From Eledone cirrhosa (taxonomy: Eukaryota): DNA of 64,000 nt. A program made the translations under genes and the position numbers. Below, piece after piece: positions 1 through 13,030 of the stretch (its first letter is position 1; each line of letters starts with the position of its first letter). Under the pieces are notes generated by a model that searched no databases, was not told the origin of the DNA, and was given only the letters and a program-made list of their open reading frames with translations. The stretch spans positions 89,280,001 to 89,344,000 of the forward strand of contig OZ024741.1 in the NCBI GenBank assembly GCA_964016885.1, given 5' to 3'.

Positions 1-268
1 TTGTAGTAACGGACAATTCTTCCTCTATAACCCTTTCTCACTCACTCCTTCTCCACAAGCAATCGGCTGTGTCCAGACATGGAGAGGGAGTGGGTTCCGC
101 CAGGTTTAAAATACTCAAGACAAGCCATATGTCACCCCTACATCTATCAGGAGTTACAGGTCCATACATACATAATTTATCTTCATGTGGTAAGTCATGA
201 GAGTATATATGACGAAGTTTGATGATAAACAAAGGAACCAGTCAAAAGTTTCAGTGGTTTGTATACTA

Positions 269-398
269 TCACCAGCACTGTGGGTGTAAGTGTGTGGCCA
301 TGAATAAGACCAAGACACTTGACTCATAATAGTTGTAAAGAGGTTTTGTAGGGTAAGTTCCTTCAATAAATACAATCCCTACTTTTACCCTTAATAAT
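269..398 (-). CDS. Secreted Cys-rich protein, exon 7 (terminal): (E)LLRVKVGIVFIEGTYPTKPLYNYYESSVLVLFMATHLHPQCW*
   Basis: Acceptor tacag with branch-like tactaat (418-424). The phase-2 start completes GA|A from exon 6. Open to TGA at 269-271. Confidence 0.6.
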
Positions 399-893
399 CT
401 GTATAGCATGAAACCACATTAGTAAGACATTCTTGAAAAATACAAACAATACTATGACTGCATATTAAAAATTGAAGTCTTTACTTTAATATTGCAAACT
501 TTCACAACTATCTGTCCTCTAGTAAAGATACTATAAACATTTGAATTAACAAACTCATTTTTAGATATTTTCTACTACTTTCATTACAAGATGTTAAAAG
601 TCAATTAAAAACATTGCATACACATCGTTCATTTTAGAAATCACTGCATCACATTAAAAATTCAATTTTTTTTCATTCTGATATTGCAGATTTTCACAAT
701 GATATATTTATTAATGAAGATACTATAGACATTTGATTTAATAAACCAAGAACATATAACATTATGAAAGTGAAACAATAGAATCTCAGGAAATTGGTAA
801 TACTTTGTGTCAACAAATAGTAACATAAATAATTTATTCCACTCGGTTAACTATAAGAAATTATGGTTATACATTTTACAATGGTTTACTTAC

Positions 894-978
894 TCATCTT
901 TAGATGACAATTTTTTAGTATTCACAAAGCCCCAACAGTTGCTCATCTGATTCAGTAGACTATCTTTGGCCTTACATT
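894..978 (-). CDS. Secreted Cys-rich protein, exon 6: (E)CKAKDSLLNQMSNCWGFVNTKKLSSKD
   Basis: ttttcag acceptor, gtaagt donor, phase 1 to 2. Same C-x12-C spacing as exon 4. Confidence 0.82.
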
Positions 979-1334
979 CTGAAAAGATGGAGAAATAATA
1001 AAATAGAAGTAATGTAATCCATGTTATTGTTTTATTTTCCCTGACTTAGAGAAGGTAGGAAACTGCAGAAGAGGAAGAGCAAGAAAGACCTGCTCAGAAG
1101 TGGTGATTGTGGATTTCAAAATGCTGAACCTCACAGAGGAAATTATGAAGGAACACAACAAGTGGAGGGAGGCTATGGTGGAAAAGGCCTGTCCAACCCA
1201 TGCAAGCATGGAAAAGCAGAATTAAAAAGGATGATGATGATGAAAAACGCTTCGATACAAACAGTTTTGATAATGATAATGACTGAAAGACTGCCGTTAA
1301 AAACTAAACAGTTCCAACACACTGCCTGATTTAA

Positions 1335-1532
1335 CCCTTTAGCATTTAAACTGGCCAGAATTCTCTCACTTCTTTCAGTTCAAACCAGCTCATGCTGATG
1401 TTAAAGTATTGTTTTCAAAATAAATAATATTAAAATCGCATAGCTTCGATATTATGTGAAATAATTTTGTGAGATAAAGCCTCTACCATGAAAATACAAT
1501 AGTAAATATAGAGTAATGTGAATGCTAAAGGG
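1335..1532. mobile_element. piggyBac-type MITE
   Basis: TTAA-CCCTTTAGCATT ... AATGCTAAAGGG terminal inverted repeats. Sister copy at 45876-46082. Confidence 0.7.
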
Positions 1533-1734
1533 TTATCATCATCACTTGGTCCTTGGGTACATTTAGCAGTTTATTCTGTTGCAATCTTTCAGAGCAGTAC
1601 TCTGGTTAATTCCCTGTTCTGGCAGAGCATCAGTCACATGAACCTCACCAGTCTAGGATGGGATTATAAAGATATCGTGATCATTGCCCCTCCCACACAC
1701 ACACCTGACTAACTAATTATAATTTTTTACTTAC

Positions 1735-1925
1735 GTGCAAGGCCAGAAATTTTGGAGAGGGGAAAGTCAATTATATCGATCCCAGTACTTGACTGGTACT
1801 TTATTTTATCAACTGTGGAAGGATGAAAGGCTAAGCTGACCTTGGCAAGATTTGAACTCAAGACATAAAGAGCAGGAACAAATCCTGCTATGCATTTGTC
1901 TGACAATGTAATAGCTCTTCCAATC
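1735..1925 (-). mobile_element. tRNA-derived SINE (Meta-domain-like), degenerate
   Basis: Reverse complement of the gcctttcatcc...gataaaataaagtaccag core and the GTTCAAAT B box. Confidence 0.7.
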
Positions 1926-2023
1926 CACAGCATTAATAATGAGTCACCACACCGACAAACTAATAAAAAATTAAATCAATAAATAAGGCAAGCAAGATCA
2001 ACAAATATTATGTACTAACCAAG

Positions 2024-2212
2024 GAGGGCGGTGGATTGGCAGTATCGGTAGAGGGTCGGACGCCATGCTTTGCAGCATAGATTTATGGCTCTTTATGATC
2101 TGAGCTCAAATCCCGCTGAGGTTAACTTTGCCTTTCATCCTTACGGGGTCAATAAATTAAAGTATCAGTAATGTACTGGGTAATTGCTGGCCTTGTGCCA
2201 AACGTAGAAACA
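2024..2212 (+). mobile_element. tRNA-derived SINE (Meta-domain-like) with 17-bp TSD
   Basis: A box TGGCAGTATCGG, degenerate B box, central gcctttcatcc core. TSD attatgtactaaccaag at 2007-2023 and 2213-2229. Confidence 0.88.
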
Positions 2213-2225
2213 ATTATGTACTAAC

Positions 2226-2335
2226 CAAGTTTACATACTTCAGTTGCTGCAATACTCAAAACGTTGCTCACAAGAGTAAGATTTCTCAATCCTTCACATG
2301 TATTGTTGTAAATGTGTGAACATTGATCGTATTGT
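2226..2335 (-). CDS. Secreted Cys-rich protein, exon 5: (R)QYDQCSHIYNNTCEGLRNLTLVSNVLSIAATEVCKL
   Basis: tgcag acceptor, gttagt donor, phase 2 to 1. Three Cys and two N-glycosylation sequons (NNT, NLT). Confidence 0.85.
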
Positions 2336-2524
2336 CTGCAATGAAATTTCAACTTTTATTAAATATATAGAGAAAATTAGGAAAATTAAGAAGGAATTTC
2401 TGTTGAAGCTGAATATCAACCACTTCAATCTAACCATTCTCAAAGTTCTCTGTGAAGAAGGCGTAGTCCCTTCTTCTTTGCCCACTTATTCCTCAGACAC
2501 TTCTTCCAGTGAGTCCTGTCAGAA

Positions 2525-3975
2525 GAAACTATTTCCAACTGATCCGGCTGGATCCCCAAGTGAGACCAACCAAGCTCATAAATATTATCCAACCGTCTTG
2601 CTTGGGGGCTACCCCTGGGTCTCCTGCCAGTTGGTTTTTGCCTGTAAAACCAGTGATTCTTTCTTGAGATATTCTAACCGCATGGCCATAGTATTGGAGC
2701 TGTGATCTCTCAATTTGGAGAAGTAGTGGCTTTACCTGGTGTAACTCTCTGGACTCTAAGCTACGTGCTCTATCGAGCAACGTTACTTTAAAGACCCTTC
2801 TGAGGAACCTCATTTTGGCCGCTTGTATTCGCAATTTTATTTTTTCAGCCATTACCCAAGATTCATCACCATAGGTAAGGGTTGGCACAAATACCGAATT
2901 GAAGACAGTGAGTTTGGCTTTTATACCTACCTCCCTTCTGATTACTGAATGCTGAAGCTGGTGGATTACTGCACCAGCACCTGCAATTCTTACACTTAAT
3001 TCACTTCTGAAATACTTGAACTTCCTTTTGAGAGGATGAGTGTCTCAGTTTTCGCAGCACCAATTTTCATTCCAACCATGTAGCACTCGTCATCAAACCT
3101 AACCAATTGAGTGCAAGACAGAGACCACCTTCTGTTGAGTTAAGTAACACCATGTCGTCTGCAAATTCCAGCCAACTCATTTTATACCTGCCAGTCATGA
3201 TACCACTTCCAACCTGGCTGTGCATGTCAATCTTGTTATTGTAAATAATCAACAGGACAGATGACAGAATGCACCCTAGGCAGAATGTGACTCCCACATT
3301 GAATGGTTTTGATTTAGCACCATTTATCTGAATACAAATACTTGGGTATTTGTATAGAGACACCAGGGCATCAAAAAGCTGATTATCAATCCCATACTCC
3401 TGCAGAACCTTCCACAGCACGTCCTAAAAAATGCAGTCATGTCTTTTCAAGGTCAACAAAACAAGAATATATCTCATGGCACTACTCCTACGATTTCTTG
3501 AAGACCTGCCACAGTGTGAATATTTGGTTGGCTGTGCTGTGTCCAGGGCAAAAACCACACTGTTCATCAGCTAGCTGGGTTTGACAATCTCCCTGAATCT
3601 CTTTGCCAGACACTTAGCATAGACTTTACCGGTGAGGCTTAACTGTTGAGCTGAACAATCTCCACTTTGTCTCAACATCCTCAGTTTGCTAAGGGCGTTC
3701 TCTGAATTTGTATGCAATAGTATCTGCTTACATGGTCCTGATTTCTTTATCCATCAATGATTCCCACTTTATCCTGTAGGTCACCCTGGACCAGCCAATT
3801 GTGTGGGCTTCTTTGTCTTTAGGTAGTCTCAAGTTGCAAATAGCTAGATGGTGATCAGTTGATAGCTCAGCTCCTCTCTTAACATGGACATCCAGCACAG
3901 AATTGAAGAGATCAGAGACAATAACAAAATCACTTATTGATCTCTGTCTCTGATTCCCCTTATACCATGTATAAT
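2525..3975 (-). mobile_element. RTE LINE family 2 (no PHD insert), degenerate fragment
   Basis: ORF pieces LWKVLQEYGI, FADDMVL and PTLTYGDESW, with frameshifts and deletions. Confidence 0.85.
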
Positions 3976-5322
3976 TATGGATGTATAAAATGTAGTCATG
4001 TTATTTATGTATGGACTCGTACCTCCTAGTGGAGTTGTAGTGATGCTGTAGTAATATAGAGTGGTACTTCTTTTTATCAATCTTGAAAGGATGAAAAGCA
4101 AAGTTGACCATGGTAGGTTTTAAATTCAAAGTCCAGAGATCCAGAACAAATACCACAAAGCATTCTATCCAGCATACTAGCAACTCTCACAGCAACATAG
4201 AACACTATTAATCTTTGCTGATATGTATATAATTTTTTTTTTATGCTAGATGTCTTTGCTTTAAATAACAACTTTACAGCATGGATGAAGCACAGTTTAT
4301 CATGTCTTCAGTATTAAATATATTGTCAATAGCAGGATTACAGTATCCTCTCTAGCCTGCATCAATTATTATGTTCAATTGCTGCTTTCCTACACAAATT
4401 GCATTTGCTGCAGTTTGTAGAGTTGATGCCATAACATAACATTTTCACAATCTTACCAATCAACACAATATGATGAGAGACAGACAGTTGTTGGGTCTTA
4501 TCCCATTACTAGAATTGTGATGCCATCATCGTCATCCTTTATCGCCTGTTTTCCCTGCTAATAAGTGTTGATGGGTCATAACAAACCAAGTCAGTACATA
4601 ATCAGAGTTACTGACCTCTCAGACAAGCTGCGGGCCACATCTTTCTCTCCCATATTAATCTATCTTGCTGTAAAGTTTCTTTTTTTTTTTTGTTCACCTC
4701 TCACAGATAATCATTCCTTTGTCCATGCTACCTTTATTTTCCAACTGTTAATTCACATTTTTGTTCACTCTAGAAGTAGAAGAGGAGTGATCAATTGGCA
4801 GAGCAGTTAAAACATCAGATAGAATGATTTGCAGTATTCGTTTCTGAGCTCTGAGTTCAATTTTGTTTTGCATATTTTTGAAGTGGATAAAAAATATCAG
4901 TTCAATATTGGGGTCAATTCCTCCTCTATATCTCTTTCTCACTTGCTCTCTATTACTCTCTCTGGAAGAAATTGATTGTCTTTAGACCTGGAAAGATGGG
5001 CTCCACCAGGTTTTAAATGGCCAAGACATGCTGTATGTCACTATGGCACCCTTACGACTAGCCATATATACATACATATTGCTGTAAGTGCTAGATGATG
5101 GAGACCATGACAGAGACTTGTCCAACCCAAGACAGAATGAAAATATATTGACATAAAATGATGTTTGGCTGGTTCCACATTTAGTTATTCTTAACAGTTT
5201 CTGTTTCAATAAAGTAGCAAAAATGTCACAGTATTTGTGGTCTTATAGTCAGTGAAGTATTTGGCTGTTGGTTAGCACCATATTGAGTTGGCCAGCTAAG
5301 ATTGAAAGATTATAGTACTTAC

Positions 5323-5422
5323 CTACAAAACTCTACTACTCCATTTTCAAATAATTTGCTTGCGACTAATTTAGAACGACAGTTTTGTACTTCTTTCATT
5401 TTAGTTGAAAACTGTGGACATG
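5323..5422 (-). CDS. Secreted Cys-rich protein, exon 4: (A)CPQFSTKMKEVQNCRSKLVASKLFENGVVEFC
   Basis: ctttctttcag acceptor, gtaagt donor, phase 1 to 2, matching both neighbours. Confidence 0.85.
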
Positions 5423-6932
5423 CTGAAAGAAAGATAAGAATAATTTTGTAAAACCTGGTAAATGTTATAAAGGAAAAATGCAGTGATTATTTAAATGTGC
5501 AGTTGGCTCCTGCTTGAATAATTCTAAATTTCATTTGTGCAGTAAGCTTACATTTTTGTGTCAAATACTACATGTGCTTACATAATAAATTATAGTTAAA
5601 AGACTTAAGACACTCATAAAATGTTAAAATTAGCCATTACAAATGCTTTTCATACTCAGAGAATATCAAAGACTGGGTCATGGTATCTGCCTCAAAGATT
5701 TGTGTCCTTGTCTTATCTATTTTTCCAAATGTATTGTATCTAGGATTGCATCTTTAAAGTGTATTTTTTTCTGTAAGATGGTAGGGTGTGGTCTGGGGAA
5801 ATTTGGTTGCTATTTCTAGCAAATCAGATGACTGCATAAGGACTCCCTCATTGGTTCATTGAGGCTACAGTGTTACCAAGAGAAGTTTGAGATAGTTTGT
5901 GCTAAAATATAGACTATGATTGTTCAAACACTGAGTCCATGCACAATGAAGTCCTACAATTCCTTAAAATAAATTCTGGAACATGAAACATCTAAATACA
6001 TGTAGAGCTAAGATGACTTAACAGATAAAAACCAGAATATCTACTTTGGTTTTGATGTGAATAAATATTAAAGCTAAACAGCTTAGGTTAAAAAAGAGGA
6101 TTACAAATTTGATTCTAGTAAGAAAGTTAGCAGCTCTGATATAATTTGAAAATCTATTTTTAAAAATATTTTACAAGGTGATTTAATTAAAAATATTTAT
6201 ATGTAGTCAATTTATAGATTTATTCTTTGTGTTGTGTCTTCAAAGATTTTTGTTAGGCATGGTCAGCCGACCAGACACTGCCCACAACAGGACAACCCAT
6301 CTAACCCATGCTAGCATGGAAGAACGGACGTAAAACGGTGATGATGATGATGAAACATTCCTAAGTTTGCTTAACTATTATATCAAATCCCACTGAGGCC
6401 AACTTTGTCTTTCATCGCTTTGGGATTTATGAATAAAGTATTTGGCAAGTACTAGGGTCAGTGGTTGATTTGTATATGTGCATGTGTGTGTGTGTGTGTG
6501 TAGGGGGGGGTTATCATAAACAATACACAAAAGCCTCAAGTAAGTTTAAACTGCCTCTGAATAGGGTTGATTCTTCTTCTTTATTTCTGTTTTTCTCACT
6601 CTATTTGTCTCTCTGGAAGAAATTGGGTGTGATCGAACAAACCTGGAGTGGAATGGATCTACCAAGTTTAAAATGTACTCCAAAATATGTGATGACAGTG
6701 CCTCTATAAGTCCATCAAGAGTTGAGGGCACATGGAGGATTCTATTGATATGTGCATGAGCGTGAAATAATTGTAGGATATTGAAGAAGTTTGCTATTGA
6801 ATGAACTTTGTGGATGCCCTCTGTTTTATCCATGGGAAATTTCTATGGTCAGATACTTTTCGTGACACCAACTCATACGTTTTAGTATGACTAAATGGTA
6901 TTTTAGAGGTGATGACACACACACACATATAC

Positions 6933-7518
6933 ATGATGGAAGCTACGGAGTAGGAAGACACATGAAGACCTGGGATGAAGTGATAAAAGCTGACTTTGCA
7001 CACTTGCACCTTTCAAAGACAATGACACAGGATCGAGATCTTTGGCATTATAGAATAATACAGAAGATCTGCCTTCCCTTGCGCACAGACTCAAACATAC
7101 ACCCAGTAGGCACCTCTTAATCCACTATAGGCCCCTTCCATACAACCATACCCTACATGACCCTCACTCTGTAAAGTTATGTGTAGGTGTCATGACAAAA
7201 ACATCCAACCCACACTGTAAAGTGGTAGTGTAGGTGTCATGACAAAAACATCCAACCCACACTGTAAAGTGGTAGTGTAGGTGTCATGACAAAAACATCC
7301 AACCCACACTGTAAAGTGGTCATGTAAGTGTCACCACAAAAAGCACCCAGCCCACACTGTAAATGTGGTTGGCGTTAGGAAGCATATTCAGCCATAGAAA
7401 TCTAGCCAGAAACAGCAAGACATGGTCACCCAACCCAACTTGCCTCTAATGGGACAAACCTTTGTGACCCATGCTCATGTGGAAAATGGACGTCAAATGA
7501 TGATGATGATGATGATGA
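6933..7518 (+). mobile_element. 3' end of RTE family 1 with ~4 tandem 47-bp units (about 7170-7365) and (GAT)n tail
   Basis: GRHMKTWDEVIKAD ORF end. Unit gtgtaggtgtcatgacaaaaacatccaacccacactgtaaagtggta starts at 7181, 7228 and 7275. Confidence 0.85.
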
Positions 7519-7520
7519 TA

Positions 7521-8064
7521 CAGGACATTGACCGCCTGGAAACTGTTCAGAGATGTGCAACCAAGCGAATACCCTCCATCAGGCATCTACCATACTCTGA
7601 GCGCCTTGCTTCCCTGGGCATGGATTCATTGAAGCTCCGACGCCTGGCAACTGACTTGGTAAACACCCACAAAATTGTTAACCATCTTGCCAACAACAAC
7701 CCTGAGTACCTTTTCGATTTCCATGTGTCTAACACACGTGGACATACCCACAAAGTCAGAAAACAGCACAGTTCCCATGACTTTCGGAAACATTTTTTCA
7801 CGCTCAGAGTTGCTGAAGCATGGAACAAACTACCTGCATCAGTTGTTAGCTGTCGAGACACTGCATCCTTTAAGGCCTCCATGCTTCCCGAGATCCGCCA
7901 AAACTACAGCTAATGTTCCCCCTCCATACACATACACACATGTATACCATGACTCATACACTATTCACTTCCCTGACATTTGTATATTATTCTATGTACT
8001 ATACATACACCTTTGACGAGTTGTAGTGCACCTGAGCACTTTACACAATAATTTCATTATTATT
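7521..8064 (+). mobile_element. CR1-clade LINE 3' fragment
   Basis: DIDRLETVQRCATKRIP...FFTLRVAEAWNKLP, (ATT)n tail. Same family as 38130-39562. Confidence 0.88.
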
Positions 8065-9445
8065 ATACAAACAACAGGCTTCCTGAGTACCCATCTATCA
8101 AATTCACTCACAAAGCATTGGTTAGCCCAAGGTTATAGTAGAAGATACTTGCCCAAGGTGCCACTGAATTGTGGGACTGAACCCAGAACAACATGCTGTA
8201 GAAGCAAGCTTCTAAGCTACACATCCATAACTGTCTAAAAAATGCCTTGTGTAGTGTAGAGCTTATCGCAGGTATTCAGAGTTAAACCTCTTGTTTGACA
8301 TGTCAATTTCTCTCCCACTGTGGAATGCACTCCCCACCCCCAGCAAGCCACATGTAGCTTGACACTTACTCTTGCCATTGCCTTCTCAGCTGGGTTAAGG
8401 ACGCAATGAGCATCCAACTGTTGTAATGAATACTGAGAACATGATAAAACACACCAAGTCTGCCCTGTAATGTAGTAGGGCTAGTATCACGACAAACAAA
8501 AAAGCTCCCAGTCCACCCTTTAGGATAGTTGTACTAGTGTCAGGTCAAAAAGCAACTAGTCAACCATGTAAGGTAGTAGTGCTGGTGCCATAAAAATGTT
8601 CCCAGTTCATGATGTAAAGTTGTTGACAATAGAAAGGACATCCAGCCATAGAAAATGAAGCCAAAAATGGAATGTATGAGTAAGATGTAGTCACCTGACT
8701 TGCCTAGCCACATAACATGACAGCCTGTCTAACCTGTGCAAGCATGGAAAATAGATGTTAAAACGGTTATGTTGATGATGAATTTAGATGACAAAATATT
8801 TAGTTGCATTTAGCAAAATATATGACTCTTACACTTATTACTGTATAAGTTTATGTTTATATAGCATAACTGACTGAAATGTTCTTATAGAAAATTCCAA
8901 CAGAAAGTTTTAATTTAAATATAAACATTTTAAAACTGGCAGTTTTTTTTTATCAAAGAAGAAGAAATGGTTTCAGTGGGGTTGTTGTCAGAAAAGGTTA
9001 AACAGTTATAAGTATCACTTGCTTGTGTAATCATACTGGTCAATCTTAGGTTGTTGTTTTTTTAACATATACATTCAGTAGATAGAGGCATCAAATTGGC
9101 AGAATCATTAGTACACTTTCCAGCTCTCTATCGAGGTTGACTTTGCCTTTTATCTATTCAAAGTTGATGCTGAAAATGTCCAAGAAACATCATATGTCAC
9201 CCTATGGCTCCACCTGGAATTACAGGTCCATATATACATACTATTTGTTAACAAAATATCCGCTGGTGCCTCTTTATTATTGGAAATAAAAAAAAGAGCT
9301 TTATGGATGGCTTATTAATGCGAAACATTCTCTAATGATTTAGAAGAAATTGTCTAAAAACAGGCCTGTTAATTCAAATCTTAATATCATCTTTACTACT
9401 GGAGAGATTGTAGTGAAGATTTGCAGTATAAGAGCAAAGACTTTT

Positions 9446-9625
9446 GGATTGGCAGTATCAGTAGAGGGTCGGACGCCATGCTTTGCAGCACAGTTACGTC
9501 CCTTTACGGACTGAGTTCAAGACCCGCCGAGGTTAACTTTGCCTTTCATCCTTAACGGGTCGATAAAATAAAGTACCAGTAATACACTGGAATAATTGCT
9601 GGCCTTGTGCCAAAAGTAGAAACAT
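9446..9625 (+). mobile_element. tRNA-derived SINE (Meta-domain-like)
   Basis: Highly similar to 2024-2212. Confidence 0.85.
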
Positions 9626-9941
9626 TTATTTATACAGTGATGCAGTCATTGTGCTGTTTTGTACTTTTCAAGAATATCTTGCTAACGTGGTTTCATGTGG
9701 GTTGTTAATTCAAATGTTTATAGTATCTTTACAACTGGAGATCATTGTGAAAATTTGCAGTATTAAATTAAAGACTTTAATTTTTAATATGATGCAGTTA
9801 TAGTGCTGTTTTGTACTTTCCAAGAATATTTTGCTAAAGCAATAAAGAAAATTAAGAGTAAATGACCGTGAAAATCACAACCCACAATATTAATGCGAAG
9901 ATGGGTGTATGAAAGTAGAAATAAAAAATAAAGATATTCAC

Positions 9942-10051
9942 CATTTTCATAAAGTTGAAGAACCTTTTCCAAAGCTTTAGCATATTGTTTATAGAGAGGT
10001 TTGGCCTGGTCCAAAGGGCATGATATGAGATTTAAATAAAACTTGTTATTA
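9942..10051 (-). CDS. Secreted Cys-rich protein, exon 3: (F)NNKFYLNLISCPLDQAKPLYKQYAKALEKVLQLYEN
   Basis: ttttatttcag acceptor, gtgaat donor, phase 2 to 1. Same 110-nt length as exon 5. Confidence 0.82.
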
Positions 10052-10244
10052 CTGAAATAAAATGAAAATCAAAACAAAATATAAAGCCATCTGGCTGTAA
10101 AATATACTGCCTCAAAAAATCTCATCCAGCCCATGCTAATATGGAAAAAGTGAATGTAAAAAAGATTATGTGTTTATTAATTTATGTGTTTACTTTACAT
10201 AGTTTTGGCAAGGTTTTACTGGCTGGATGCCTTTCGTGAAGTAT

Positions 10245-12812
10245 GCACCTCCCAAAATAACCTAATAGTCAGTGACCTTATAGTTAGGGCTAGACGAACT
10301 AGACAAGAGAAGACAATCTGGAGAAGATGAATGTGGAAGTTGAAGGACCCCACAACCATTAACAAATTTAGAGGTATGTTGCTTGATGCTTTTGACAGTA
10401 AGGGAGAGCAAATAGAGACATACGATATAGAAGAGCAGTGGGAGTTGCAGAAAGATAACCTACTGACGGTGACAAGTGAAATCTGTTGTTGGAGCAGGTC
10501 TCTAGGGAAGAGAGTGACTTGGTGGTGGAACAGTAAGGGTCGAGGGGACAATTAAGGCCAAAAGAGAGGCATGGAAAGAATGGGTGAAGTAGAATGGGTG
10601 AGAGAAGGTAGGTAACAAGTGTACATTGCAAGAAGGGAAGCAGAAAATAAAAAATTTAAGCATATTCTGCACTGCGAGGACCAAAGGCACGAGATGTTCG
10701 TAATTGCGAGGCAATGTATCAGGGAAAATTGTGATGTTGTTGGGGAGAAGTGTGTCCATGATGATAATGGTGTACTTACCCTCACTGATGTTGAAAAGAA
10801 AGTAGCATGGAAATGCCACTATAAAAGACTATTAAATGAGAAGAATGAATGGGATGAAGATAGTTTATTCCAAGTTGATCCAACAGAAGGATGGCTATGC
10901 AAGTTAGCAATAGTATAGTAAGACAATCAAGGATATGAAATCAGGAAAAGCAGCTGGACCTTTGGGGATAGTTGCCGAGATGCTGAAAGCTTCTGAGATG
11001 GTGGGTCATGCCATGGTCACCTGTATTATAAACCAACTAATCCAAAATGGTGTCATACCCAATGATTGGCATAGCAACATCATTGTCAACTGCTACAAGG
11101 GCAAAGGAGATGCTCTAGATAGAGAAAACTATAGAGGCATTAAGTTGGTTGACCAGGTCATGAAAATCATACAAAGAGTTATCGCACAGCAGATTAGGGA
11201 CTGAGTTGACCTAGATGAAATGCTGTTTGGATTTGTATGAGGTAAAAATAACATGGATGCTCTCTTCCGTGTGAGGCAACTGCAGAAGTATTTAGCTAAA
11301 AGTAAACCCCTCTACCTAGCTTTTGTTGACCTGAAGAAAGCTTTTGACAGAGTCCCCCATTCCATTATCTGGTGGGTTGTAGAAAACTAGGAGTAGATGA
11401 CTGGCTTGTGAAGGCTGCACAAGCCTTGTATAGAGGAACAGTCAGCAAGGTTAGAATTAATAATGACTAGTGTGAAGAATTTAGCATGTACGTAGGTGTC
11501 CATCAGGGCTCCATCCTTAGCCCTCTCAGTGTATTATTGACCTACAGGCTATAACAGAAGATTTTACTGTATGCAGATGATCTGACCCTCATACCTAAAT
11601 CTATAGCAGAATTAGAGATGAAATTCCAAACCTGGAAGCATGGCCTAGAATCAAAAGGTCTTAAAGTTAACTTGTCAAAGACTAAAGCCCTCATATGTAG
11701 AAAGGAAAACAGGACCCAGATTCCCTCAGGGAGATGGCCTTGCTCAGTGTGCAGGAATGGAGTAGGTAGAAATGTGTCCCAAATGCAAACTATGGATACA
11801 TAAAACATATAGTTGGATCACAGATAGGCTATCAAAGAACATAGGTTTTATATGTGGCTGATGCACAAGTGTAGTAAATAGCAAGTGCCTGCAGGAAACT
11901 AGCTTCTTCAAATGCCCAGACAGCTCTGTAGAAATAGTCAACAGTTTCCATTACCTGGGTGACCAAATTAGCAGTGGAGGCGGATGTTCTGAAAGTACTA
12001 GCTAAAGTGAGAATAGGATGGAGAAAGTCCATGGACTATGACTGCTGCTAACTACAAAAGGTTTTTCCCTCAAAATGAAGGGCAGATTGTATGATGCATG
12101 TATACGAACAGCAATGTTGCATGGTAGTGAGACCTGGGCGCTGTGTGCAGAGGATCTGCGAAGATTAGAAAGAAATGAAGCTTGCATGCTCCGATGGATG
12201 TGTAACAGTAATATACATGAACAGCAAAGCATAAATGAACTGAGAGAGAAATTGGGCATAAGAGGGATCAGATGCAGTATACTAGAGAAGAGATTGCAGT
12301 GGTATTGCCATGTGATGCGCATGAAGGATGACAGATGTATAAAAAGGTACAGGGTGATCAAAGTTGATGGAAGCTATGGAGTAGCACCTCTTAAAGACCA
12401 TGACACAAGATCGAGATCTTATTATGTAGTAATACAGAAGATCTGTCTTCCCATGTACATAGATTGAAGCATACATTTAGTATGTCCCTCTTAACCACTA
12501 TCCCCCCACCCTTCCATACACCTCCTATGCCCTAGCACCCCACCCACATCTAATCACATCACTTTTTCCCATGCCTTTACACCCCTGCCTCAGTCCCTTG
12601 TTCACATTGTAAAGTGGTCATGTAGGTGTTGATAAAAAGCACCCAGAAAACACTGTAAATGTGGTTAGCGTTAGGAACGGTATCCAGCTGTAGAAACCAA
12701 GCCAGAAACAGTTCTGTATGAGCAAGACATGGTCACCTGATCCAACTTGCCTCAAATGGGACAACCTGTCTAACCCACGCCAGCATGGAAAATGGATGTT
12801 AAACAATGATGA
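10245..12812 (+). mobile_element. RTE LINE family 1, decayed 5'-truncated copy
   Basis: Colinear ORF fragments homologous to 13738-16861 with many stops. (GAT) tail. Confidence 0.92.
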
Positions 12813-12884
12813 ATGATATATATATATATATATCATTCATCATTGTTTAACATCTATTTTCCATGCATCATTGTTTAACATCTG

Positions 12885-13030
12885 TGTGAAGGTGCATAGC
12901 TTAGTGGTTAGAGTGTCAGGCTTACAATTCTGAGATTGTGAGTTTGATTCTCGAACCAGGCTTTCTGTTGTTCTTGAGCAAAACACTTTATTTCATGTTA
13001 CTCCTGTTCACTCAGCTGTAGAAATGAGCC
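12885..13030 (+). mobile_element. tRNA-derived SINE head (CORE-like)
   Basis: gcttagtggttagag A box, gtttgattctc B-box-like motif, ttcttgagcaaaacactt core. Confidence 0.7.

Noticed and set aside
154-375. 73-aa ORF from the track
   Set aside because: A different frame matches the exon 6 phase and acceptor, and the ORF runs into a dispersed repeat.
7170-7365. Regular 47-bp repeats resembling a CRISPR array
   Set aside because: No unique spacers and no cas genes. The units are part of the RTE 3' UTR in eukaryotic DNA.
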